Positions 8,713-16,554 of a stretch of 64,000 nt of DNA are shown one piece after another (the stretch's first letter is position 1; the number at the start of each line of letters is the position of its first letter). Position numbers and translations under genes: made by a program. The DNA comes from Candidatus Xenobia bacterium (GTDB lineage Bacteria > Vulcanimicrobiota > Xenobia > Xenobiales > QWHO01): NCBI GenBank assembly GCA_045863235.1, contig BTUM01000028.1, positions 1 to 64,000 of the forward strand, given 5' to 3'. The notes under the pieces are model-generated. The model did no database searches, had not been told where the DNA came from, and saw nothing but the letters and a program-made list of their open reading frames with translations.

Positions 8713-9825
8713 ATGGAAGGCACGCTGCTGGCCCTGAGCGGCTGTGAGCCCGACCCCACTGTGGGGGGTTTGCTGGCCCAGGCACTGGGGCAGCCGGTGC
8801 TGGTCAGCCGCGATCCGGTGTCCGGCATTCGCAGCCTGGTGGGCCGGGGAGTCAACCGCATCGTGGTGCTCCCCCTCCTGTTGAGCCTGGATCAAGAGCA
8901 GAGCTCGCTCCGGTCGATGATCAAGCTGGCCAGTCAGCGCTGGCCCTTCCTGGCCTTTCACCTGGCCGAGCCGCCCGGTTGGCTGGAGTGGGCCGACCTG
9001 CTGCGAGCCGGGGCGCCCTCCCCGGCGGTGCTCACCGCTCAGCCCACCGGGGACGCCCTGGCCGACTCCAACCTGGCCCGGCTGGCCTGGCTGGTGGGCC
9101 CCGAGACAGGCTGCGACTTCATGCGGGGTAACCTGCGCTGGCCCGAGGATGCGCTGGGCCCCGGTCTGGTCGAGCTCCTGGTCGAGCGCCATCGGTCCGC
9201 CCTGCAAGACGATTCGCTGGTGCGGCCGGTCTGGTCGGAGGTTGCCGCCCGGGTGGCTCTGGGCCCGGAGGACGAGGAGAAGGCTCTGCTCGAGCTCGAC
9301 CGGCGGATCAACGAGATGCTCCCCCCGGCCTATCAGGGCCGCTATGAGGAGGTGGTCCCCCGCTCGATGGGCTCGGCTTCGCTTCTGGTCGAACCCGACG
9401 GCAGAGTGGCCTGGGACAAAATCTGGACCAGCTTCTGCGATCTGGCCCTGGCGGGCGGTCCGAGCCATCGGGGCACGCTGCTGGAGGCGGTCACGGCCGA
9501 GGAGGCGCGGGCCGACTGGCCGCGCTACCTCGAGGTGGTCGCTGAGATCGAGCGGGGTATCCGCCTGGTCACCGCCCTGCCCGTGGTGCAGAGCACCGTG
9601 CCCGGCTGGGTGGGAGTGCAATGCGATTCGGAGGAGATGGCCGTCTGGATGCTGAGGGCCATCGTGGTGGAGAACGTGATGTGCCGGCGCCAGGGCGAGT
9701 TGCTCTACCTTCCGGCCGGGCCTGCCTTCCGGCTCGAAAAGGAGATCAAGAACGTGGTCACGGTCATGGCCAAGACTTTCCACTACTGGACATCGCACCG
9801 CCGCCCGGCTCAGCGGTCCGGCTGA
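8713..9825 (+). CDS. Degenerate CbiX/SirB-like N-terminal domain fused to an uncharacterised conserved-looking C-terminal domain
   Basis: GVNRIVVLPLLL..WPFLAFHLAEP resembles CbiX; C-terminal WDKIWTSFCDLALAGGPSHRGTLLE, KEIKNVVTVMAKTFHYW. Confidence 0.55.
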   Translation: MEGTLLALSGCEPDPTVGGLLAQALGQPVLVSRDPVSGIRSLVGRGVNRIVVLPLLLSLDQEQSSLRSMIKLASQRWPFLAFHLAEPPGWLEWADLLRAGAPSPAVLTAQPTGDALADSNLARLAWLVGPETGCDFMRGNLRWPEDALGPGLVELLVERHRSALQDDSLVRPVWSEVAARVALGPEDEEKALLELDRRINEMLPPAYQGRYEEVVPRSMGSASLLVEPDGRVAWDKIWTSFCDLALAGGPSHRGTLLEAVTAEEARADWPRYLEVVAEIERGIRLVTALPVVQSTVPGWVGVQCDSEEMAVWMLRAIVVENVMCRRQGELLYLPAGPAFRLEKEIKNVVTVMAKTFHYWTSHRRPAQRSG

Positions 9826-9830
9826 CGGCC

Positions 9831-10169
9831 TCAGGCCGCCTGCTCGAAAGCTTCCACCGGGGTCTGCCTTCCCGCTGGGCGCCGCCCCGGCTCGCGGGCC
9901 AGGGCCAGGGACGCCCCGCCCCACGTGAGGGCCAGCGGCCAGCCGGCCAACCAGCACATAGAGGCCACCAGACCGGCCCCGATGGCCGAGGCCAGGGCAA
10001 GACAGCAGGCCGCCTCGTGTCGGGCAAATCCGCGCGGCTTGTGCCAGCCCCGGACGGCCCCGACCAGGGCCGCCACCAGCATGCCCAGCAGCACCCCTCC
10101 GGGACCGCCCAGGCTTCCCAGCATAGCCGGGATGACCACCCGACCCAGCACACGCGTTCGTTTTCTCAT
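9831..10169 (-). CDS. Small hydrophobic hypothetical protein
   Basis: ATG start, Gly/Ala-rich hydrophobic segments, fills the gap between convergent genes. Confidence 0.4.
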   Translation of the reverse strand: MRKRTRVLGRVVIPAMLGSLGGPGGVLLGMLVAALVGAVRGWHKPRGFARHEAACCLALASAIGAGLVASMCWLAGWPLALTWGGASLALAREPGRRPAGRQTPVEAFEQAA

Positions 10170-10224
10170 ACCCGAGGCATACCTCGGCGGGCTGAAAGAA
10201 ATCTGAAGAAAATTCTTCAGCCTG

Positions 10225-10350
10225 TCAGTAATCCAGCACGAGGGCCATGAACGCGATCATGAAGAGCAAGAGCGCGGGAATCCCAAACAGGAAGGTGCCC
10301 ATCTGCAGGGCCCGTTCTTCCTCGTCTTTCTGGTAGGCAGACTTCTCCAT
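10225..10350 (-). CDS. 41-aa single-pass membrane microprotein
   Basis: MEKSAYQKDEEERALQMGTFLFGIPALLLFMIAFMALVLDY; strong AAGGAGG RBS upstream of ATG 10350. Confidence 0.65.
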   Translation of the reverse strand: MEKSAYQKDEEERALQMGTFLFGIPALLLFMIAFMALVLDY

Positions 10351-10409
10351 CGGCAAAACCCTCCTTCGGAGACTACAATGCACGAGGGCCCGCCCGAGTT
10401 CCCGGGCCT

Positions 10410-12449
10410 CTACGTGGTGTAGGGGCGAAGCTGGAGGACGACGATGCCCTCCTGGTCGATCAGCCACTCGATGTCGACCGGGTCGGAGAAGGTGTAGTTT
10501 GGCGAGAAATGCGACTGCAGCAGCCGTCCGGCGAAGGCCAGTTGTTGTAACTGCTGCTTGCGCTCCTCGGACAGGTCCTCCTTGGCCGCCCCCAGAGAGA
10601 GCGTGCGTCCGCCCCCCTCGACGGTGTTGTAGACGAACTGCAGGGGCAGCTCGACGCCATGCACCACGCTGTCCACCGAATGCGTGGAGACGTTGATGTA
10701 GACATTGCGAAAATCGGCTTTGTTGAGGGGGTTGGAGGTGACCAACACGCCCCCGATCTCGGCTGGCATCTCCTCCTGGATGATCACGCCCATCCAGCAG
10801 TCGTCCAGCGAGATGCCAACCTCCTGGCGCAGTCGCACGCTGCGGGGCGAAAAGAGCGAGGCCCAGACTTCCCGGATGCTCGCGAAGACCTTCTCGGCCG
10901 TGGTCACATGGTTGAACGACTCATAGATGCCGGCGGCGGAGAAGTTCTCCAGGTCCTCGGCATTGGAGGAGCTGCGCACCACGAAGCTGCCCACCCCGGC
11001 CAGGTGATTGGCGATGGCCGAATCGATCACCTCGCGCATGGCGTCGGGCAATCGCATGGCCCGGATCCGGGTGACCAGGTCGAGACAGAGCGGCTCGAGC
11101 TCGCGCGCATTGAGCTGCAGGGCCATTTTGAGCTTGCCGATGCCCTGCTGCAGGCCGGGGCTCGACTGCAAGAACTGCTGATTGAGCGAGAATGGCAAAG
11201 CGATGCCCCGGGGAACCCGGATCGTGTGGCGCAGGAACTCGGCTGCCTTGGCGGCCACCAGGGCGTTGTCTTGAACTTCGGTCTCGCTCATGCCGATGAA
11301 CTTGCCCAGGTAGGGGATCAGGTTGGCTCGCGGGGGGCGGCGGATCTTGTAGAACCCCAGCACCCTCTCCGAGCCGTGCTCGAGCAGGTGGCTCAGCTCG
11401 CCGAGGTGGGCAGCCTTGGTGCCGTAGCGGAAGCGGTCGGTCAGCCGCAGCTTGTCCAGCTCCACGATGGGCACGTGGTCGGTCTCGGGCTCCTCCAGCA
11501 CGATGCGCTGGGTGGCCCAGGCCGGGCGCACCTGCTCGCTGGCGGGCGGCTCCTCGATGGGCTCGAGAACCACTTCTTGCGCGGTGATCTCCACCGTCAT
11601 CTCGACCCACTGGCCATCCAACCCGCGCTCAGCAATCTTTTCCAGTATGCCGATCTGGACACAGTTGGGGATGCCCCACCCGGAGGCCAGCACGTTGGTG
11701 TGGGACAGGGGAGTTGTGTGCTCGGCGTTGAGGATGCCCGACAGACGAGGGATATCATCGGGAACGCGGCGCATGGCGATGATGTCGAACCACTCCAGGG
11801 TGGGCCGTTCGCGCGCATACTCTTTCTCGCTCTGAAAGACTCGCAGCCTCCCGCTTGCCTTTCCAGCGTTGAGGGCCAGGAAGTCGGACGAGGCAAACAG
11901 CTCGTGATGGAAGATGCGCGGCATCTCGGACGGGTGGATGCGGCCCATGATGGCTTCCTGGTTGTGGTTGGCTGGCTTGAAGAGGAGGGGCAGCTCGCGG
12001 TCGAGGTAGGCTCGCACCCACTTGCGGAAGTAGCGCACCATGGCCTCGTCCATGGTATCGATCTCCACCGTTTCCAGGGTGAAGAACCGCTCTTCCTTTT
12101 TGTGCAGAGCCACGATGCCCAGCAAGTATTGTCGGTCTGGCGAGAGGTAGACGCTCTGGTTGAACTCGTCGATGCGCTTGTCGAGCTCGGTGCGGGGAAT
12201 GCCCATGATGGCTTCGGCGATGTAGTCGGAGTGAAACTGGTAGGCGTTGTAGTTGATGAAGTGCACTACCGGATGGGCCTGGTTGGCCCGATCCACCACC
12301 ACCTTGACGAAGGGATAGCCGGCCAGGTTGCCGGCCATCTGGGCGAAGGCGTGGAGCGTCAGCCGCTCGCCCACGATGCCCTTGACCGGTTGGTCCTGCT
12401 CGCCCTCGAGCTCGAGTCCCTCTTCTTCTACCACCCTTGGGTCCTTCAT
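10410..12449 (-). CDS. PEP-utilising dikinase-like enzyme (phospho-His swivel domain + PPDK/PEP-synthase ATP-binding domain)
   Basis: TPLSHTNVLASGWGIPN (mobile His domain), YGTKAAHLGEL, VVRSSSNAEDLENFSAAGIYES, VWASLFSPR, DIEW...LQLRPY. Confidence 0.85.
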   Translation of the reverse strand: MKDPRVVEEEGLELEGEQDQPVKGIVGERLTLHAFAQMAGNLAGYPFVKVVVDRANQAHPVVHFINYNAYQFHSDYIAEAIMGIPRTELDKRIDEFNQSVYLSPDRQYLLGIVALHKKEERFFTLETVEIDTMDEAMVRYFRKWVRAYLDRELPLLFKPANHNQEAIMGRIHPSEMPRIFHHELFASSDFLALNAGKASGRLRVFQSEKEYARERPTLEWFDIIAMRRVPDDIPRLSGILNAEHTTPLSHTNVLASGWGIPNCVQIGILEKIAERGLDGQWVEMTVEITAQEVVLEPIEEPPASEQVRPAWATQRIVLEEPETDHVPIVELDKLRLTDRFRYGTKAAHLGELSHLLEHGSERVLGFYKIRRPPRANLIPYLGKFIGMSETEVQDNALVAAKAAEFLRHTIRVPRGIALPFSLNQQFLQSSPGLQQGIGKLKMALQLNARELEPLCLDLVTRIRAMRLPDAMREVIDSAIANHLAGVGSFVVRSSSNAEDLENFSAAGIYESFNHVTTAEKVFASIREVWASLFSPRSVRLRQEVGISLDDCWMGVIIQEEMPAEIGGVLVTSNPLNKADFRNVYINVSTHSVDSVVHGVELPLQFVYNTVEGGGRTLSLGAAKEDLSEERKQQLQQLAFAGRLLQSHFSPNYTFSDPVDIEWLIDQEGIVVLQLRPYTT

Positions 12450-12552
12450 CCGGTCGGGCCGGGGTCCCTTCTTCGGTTCTCGTCGGGCCTGGCCTGACCG
12501 TCAAAGAATTCTTCAAGGAATTCTCCAGGCGTGCTCAAGCTCGCTCGAGTAG

Positions 12553-12750
12553 ACTGAGGGTGCTTGAGATAGTGCGGCTGCTTCCCCGAGGACCGCACGG
12601 TTGGAACTCCCTGGCGCGGGGAAGATCAGCACCCCGCGCCAGGGAAGACCTCCACCGTTCTACCGGGGCTGCTCTGTTATTGTCCCAGGGGATACCCACC
12701 TTCTACCAGGGGATCATCTCTTGATTCACCCTTCAAGGCATTTTCCTGAG
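12553..12750 (+). ncRNA. Candidate structured ncRNA, 6S (SsrS)-like rod; ends and strand approximate
   Basis: Nested pairings 12557-62/12727-32, 12566-70/12716-20, 12584-88/12664-68, 12597-605/12651-58 and a perfect 14-bp apical stem 12608-21/12632-45; ACCCACCT-N6-AGGGGATCA at 12694-12716 resembles the 3' central-bubble motif of Firmicutes-type 6S RNA. Confidence 0.45.
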
Positions 12751-12769
12751 CCGCCACGAACTCCCCCGC

Positions 12770-13189
12770 ATGGATGAGCTCGAGCCGGTCTCCTCGGAGC
12801 GGCGTAAGGAACCCCGCTACCGATTGAACAAGATGCTGGGCTTGCAGATTGCTCGCGAGGATTTCCGCGCCGATCTTCGTGTCCTGGTGCTGGACATCAG
12901 CGGGACCGGCCTGAGGGTATCCTCTCCGCAGCAACTGCCCGAGGACGATGCCCTGGCCTTTGTCTTGAGCCTTCCGGACAAGCGACCCTCGGTGCAGGGT
13001 CAGCTCAAGGTGCGCTGGCAACGCTTCTTGCCGGTCAGCGAGAACCACGAGGTGGGTCTGGAGTTTCTCGAGCTGGCCGAGGAGAACTGGCGAGCGCTGC
13101 GCGATTTCGTGGGCAGTTTGCTCAGCCAGCCCGAGAAGCAGCAGGAGAACCTCTGTAATCCCTGGCGTTTCGGCAAGTTCCCCTATTGA
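12770..13189 (+). CDS. PilZ domain protein (c-di-GMP receptor)
   Basis: ERRKEPR (RxxxR) and DISGTG (DxSxxG) motifs, VRW...EVGLEF. Confidence 0.9.
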   Translation: MDELEPVSSERRKEPRYRLNKMLGLQIAREDFRADLRVLVLDISGTGLRVSSPQQLPEDDALAFVLSLPDKRPSVQGQLKVRWQRFLPVSENHEVGLEFLELAEENWRALRDFVGSLLSQPEKQQENLCNPWRFGKFPY

Positions 13190-13383
13190 TGGCGCAGCCG
13201 CCTCGTGCTGAGGTGCCCGTTTGAACCTGGCGCGGTCCGGAATACCAGGTCCAGGGGGCCGGCCGCGCTCCTGGGAACTGGACGATCACAACGAAATCAT
13301 CCGAGAGCAGGCCCTGGAGGCAGGCCCCGGGCGGCTTTCCGCGAACCTCCCGCGGACTGTAGAGATCGGACGGTTTTGCCCCT

Positions 13384-14082
13384 ATGCCTGTCAAGAAAAT
13401 CAAGCAATCCAGCGCCCCCCACGTGGCGGGTGCTTCCACCGTCGAGGCCGAGCTGCTGGCCATCGACGACACCCACCGGGTGCTCCCCTTCACCATGCCC
13501 CGACCCAACGGCTTCAAGGCTGGTGTCCTGACCTCCCGGCCCTGTCGCATGCCCATCATTTTCGAGCGCGACCAACTGAGCCTCTTCACGGCTGGCAAGG
13601 CCACCTACACGGGCATCGGGGGCGAGGTAATCAACGTCGAGCCGGGGATGCTGGTGCACTTCCGGCGTGACTGGACGGGTGAGCTGGTGGTCCACCAGCC
13701 CATTCGCCAGGTCTACGGGGCCTGCTCGGGCGGCTCGGGGATAGGGGTGACCCCGGTGCTGGCCGACGCAGCCCGGGTGCCGGCCGCGGAAGACTGGGGG
13801 CCGGTTCCCAATCCGCTGGAGGGTGAGCCCCGCACCAGCGGCATCGTGCTCTCCAAGGACGGGCAGGTCGAGAGCGGGATCTGGATCTGTACCCCCGGCA
13901 AGTGGGCTCTGGAGGTCGGCCGCGACGAATATTGCCATTTTCTGGCCGGACGCTGCACCTACACCCACGAGTCGGGCGAGGTGATCGAGGTGGTTGCGGA
14001 CACGGCGGCGTTCTTCCCCAAGGGCTGGAAGGGCACGTGTCAGGTGCACGAGACGGTGCGCAAGGTCTACCTCTTGCGCTGA
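13384..14082 (+). CDS. Tandem cupin (DUF861/EutQ-like) protein
   Basis: Two cupin repeats; the second has SGIWICTPGKW..DEYCHFLAGR...FFPKGWKGTCQVHETVRKVY. Confidence 0.85.
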   Translation: MPVKKIKQSSAPHVAGASTVEAELLAIDDTHRVLPFTMPRPNGFKAGVLTSRPCRMPIIFERDQLSLFTAGKATYTGIGGEVINVEPGMLVHFRRDWTGELVVHQPIRQVYGACSGGSGIGVTPVLADAARVPAAEDWGPVPNPLEGEPRTSGIVLSKDGQVESGIWICTPGKWALEVGRDEYCHFLAGRCTYTHESGEVIEVVADTAAFFPKGWKGTCQVHETVRKVYLLR

Positions 14083-14155
14083 GCTCAGGGGGAAAAGCTC
14101 ACTGAGTCCCCGGCGCCTCCCGCGCTATGCTGGCTGCAACGGAGGTGCTACCAAG

Positions 14156-14356
14156 ATGAAACTTCACCTGCGCGTAGGCGGCCAGAGCCGCACCCGCGAC
14201 GCCGAAGACCTGGGCCTGTCGGCCCGAAGCTCCGATCAGGAGATCCGCCAGCAGCTCGCTCGCTACTACGAGCTGAGCAAGGAGCAACTCAGGGCCCTGG
14301 TGGTCGACCGCCATCCCGACGGAGTGGTCGTGCGCCCTCCGGCCGTGTTCGGGTAG
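14156..14356 (+). CDS. 66-aa putative ubiquitin-like/beta-grasp small protein ending in Gly
   Basis: GGAGGT RBS at 14141-14146; MKLHLRVGGQSRTRD..SDQEIRQQLARYYEL..LVVDRHPDGVVVRPPAVFG: strand-strand-helix-strand-strand pattern with an exposed C-terminal FG; first gene of an operon with a ThiF enzyme. Confidence 0.7.
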   Translation: MKLHLRVGGQSRTRDAEDLGLSARSSDQEIRQQLARYYELSKEQLRALVVDRHPDGVVVRPPAVFG

Positions 14357-14363
14357 GCCCGCC

Positions 14364-15833
14364 ATGCTCGAGCTTTCGGCAAGAACCGCACTGATCGACG
14401 CTTTCATGGTGGCCAGCCACGGCGACCTCAAGTCGCTGGGCGCCATCCACGACCGGGCCATGACCGAGGACCCGCTCCTCTATGGACCCCTGGCTCGCTG
14501 GTACCAAGACCACGGCGCCATTCGAGACCACAACGAGCTGTTCGTGGCTCACTCGCTGGTGAGCCCTTACCCGGAGCTTCGCGAGAATGGGCTGGTGCTG
14601 TTGCAGCGCCTGCGCCCCTACCAGGTGGCCCGGGTGGTGCGCTATCTCAAGGAGACCGTCAAGAACCTGACTCGCATCGCCCGCACGGCGGTCAAGATCT
14701 ATCTGCAGCGTCGCGAAGAAGTGCCCGAGTGGTTCGACGAGTGCGTCATCCGCGACCAGAAGTCGATGAAGTATCTCTACGCCACCCTGCGCATCAAGCC
14801 CGGCCCTCGGGCCGAGCAGACTCTGTTTCAGCAAAAGCCGCCCCAGGACAGCAGGGTGGCCGTGGCCCGTAACCTGTATCGTTGGCGTCACGAGCCGGCC
14901 TACCAGGCCCGGATGATCCGCGAGCACCACATCCAGTTCACCACCGCCCGGGGAGCCATCAGCAATTACACTCCCGGCGTGCTGGAGGCGCTGGTGGAGG
15001 TGATGACGCCTCCCCAGCTGATCACCAACCTGAGTTTCATCGAGAAGCGCGGCGGGCTGGCCCACGAGCGCATCCGCAGGACCGTGCTGGGCAAGCTCGA
15101 GCACGCCGTGACCGAGTCGCGGGTGGCCGAGTTCAAAGCCCTGGTGGCCCTGCAGAAAGTGTCGCCCGATCCGCACCTGGCCGACAAGATGATGGAGATG
15201 ATCAGCCAGCGCCTGCGCGGTCGGGGACGCATCACGGCCCACACGGCCCTGCTGGTGGACAAGTCGGGCAGCATGCAGGAGTGCATCGAGATCGGGCGCT
15301 TGTTGGCGGCGCTTTGCTCCACCATCTGTGACGCCGAGCTCGATGTGGAGGCCTTCGACTCGCACTCGTTCACGGTCAAGCCCAACGGCACCGGGTTCAA
15401 AGCCTGGGAGGAGGCCTTCCGGCGCATCCGGGCCGCAGGCGCGACCTCGATCGGCGTCTCACTGGCCAAGCTGAAGGACCGCCCCATCGAGCAGGTGGTG
15501 CTGGTCTCCGACGGCGAGGAGAACACCAATCCCCTGTTTCTCCAGGAGCTGAAGGCGCTCGAGAAGCGCCAGGGCCGCTCGGTTAAGGTGATCTGGATCC
15601 GCGTGGGCGGGGCCGGCAAGCCCTTCTGGGACGAGCTGGTGCGGGCCGGCGTGAACCTCACCGTGATCAACTTCACGGGCGACTACTACAACCTGCCCAG
15701 CGTGGTGCCCATGCTGTGCGCGGGAGAGCACCGCCAGCTGGTGGAGGAGGTGCTCGCCTGTCCCCTCTACCAGCGCTCAGACATCGACAGCCTGCCGCCC
15801 CAGTTCGACCCCGAGACCTATGAGATCTTGTGA
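14364..15833 (+). CDS. TROVE/Ro60-like helical domain + vWA domain protein
   Basis: Complete MIDAS: LVDKSGSM (DxSxS), GATSIG (T), VSDGEEN (D); N-terminal ~290 aa helical and basic, with a DPLLYGPLARWY..G.IRD segment resembling TROVE. Confidence 0.75.
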   Translation: MLELSARTALIDAFMVASHGDLKSLGAIHDRAMTEDPLLYGPLARWYQDHGAIRDHNELFVAHSLVSPYPELRENGLVLLQRLRPYQVARVVRYLKETVKNLTRIARTAVKIYLQRREEVPEWFDECVIRDQKSMKYLYATLRIKPGPRAEQTLFQQKPPQDSRVAVARNLYRWRHEPAYQARMIREHHIQFTTARGAISNYTPGVLEALVEVMTPPQLITNLSFIEKRGGLAHERIRRTVLGKLEHAVTESRVAEFKALVALQKVSPDPHLADKMMEMISQRLRGRGRITAHTALLVDKSGSMQECIEIGRLLAALCSTICDAELDVEAFDSHSFTVKPNGTGFKAWEEAFRRIRAAGATSIGVSLAKLKDRPIEQVVLVSDGEENTNPLFLQELKALEKRQGRSVKVIWIRVGGAGKPFWDELVRAGVNLTVINFTGDYYNLPSVVPMLCAGEHRQLVEEVLACPLYQRSDIDSLPPQFDPETYEIL

Positions 15834-16554
15834 GCTGGTGGCACCCCGCTTCGGAGGGGGCAAGATTCCCGTCTGGCAGGACGGCCTTCTCTGGGAGGTA
15901 CCGGTGCTCTCCGGCCCCTCCCAGGGCTGGGGCCTCTGGCGACTGGAGGACGAGCAGGCCAGTTTTGTGAGGCCGGCGGCCGCCTGGGAGCGCGAACGAG
16001 CGTTTCCAGGGCGGCCCCGCCAGGTGGTCCACCTGCTGGAAGAGCTCAAGAGCGGCCTCTGGAAGGCGGCTGGCCCGGGGCGCAAGGAGTTGCTGGTGAC
16101 GCTGGTCGACCAGGGGGCCGTCTTCGACGCCCTGCGCGTGGTGGACGGGGGACTGCGCTGGTGGAGCCTGGGACTGGCCAGCGGCCGGACAGGCAAGGCT
16201 CGACGCTGGCGAGAGGCGCTCGAGCAGGGTCAGCCGGTCGCCAACCTCAAACCCGGCCTGGCCCGCGCCCGCTCGCAAAACGACCCCAGCCTGGTGCTTG
16301 CCCGGGCCGTGGAGATGGCCGGGGGACGGCTGCTCGGCTGGGTGAGCGTGGCCAACGGCTACCAGGTCACCTGGGAGCGCCAGGGCCAGCGGATCACCTC
16401 CCTCGTGGACCGCCAGCTCAACTTGCAGCATGCCGGGATCTGCCTGGCCAATACCGACCGCCAGCATGACCTGACCTCGCTGGTCTCGCTCATCAGCGAG
16501 CGGGGGATGTCGGCCGAGGAATACCACTACTACTACGGTGGAGGATGGAGTTGA
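15820..16554 (+). CDS. Uncharacterised protein with C-terminal AGICL..D...DL.SLV motif
   Basis: Overlaps the vWA gene end and the ThiF start; typical GC3 codon usage. Confidence 0.75.
   Translation: MRSCELVAPRFGGGKIPVWQDGLLWEVPVLSGPSQGWGLWRLEDEQASFVRPAAAWERERAFPGRPRQVVHLLEELKSGLWKAAGPGRKELLVTLVDQGAVFDALRVVDGGLRWWSLGLASGRTGKARRWREALEQGQPVANLKPGLARARSQNDPSLVLARAVEMAGGRLLGWVSVANGYQVTWERQGQRITSLVDRQLNLQHAGICLANTDRQHDLTSLVSLISERGMSAEEYHYYYGGGWS

Noticed and set aside
13191..13258. TPP-riboswitch-like words (GCTGAG..CCCGTTTGAACCTG...AATACCAG..AGGG) upstream of the cupin gene
   Set aside because: Key positions deviate (UGAGG instead of UGAGA, no CUGAU, no GCG before AGGG, no clear P1); ACCTGG/CCAGGT forms a simple hairpin instead. 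A cmscan hit to RF00059 would overturn this.
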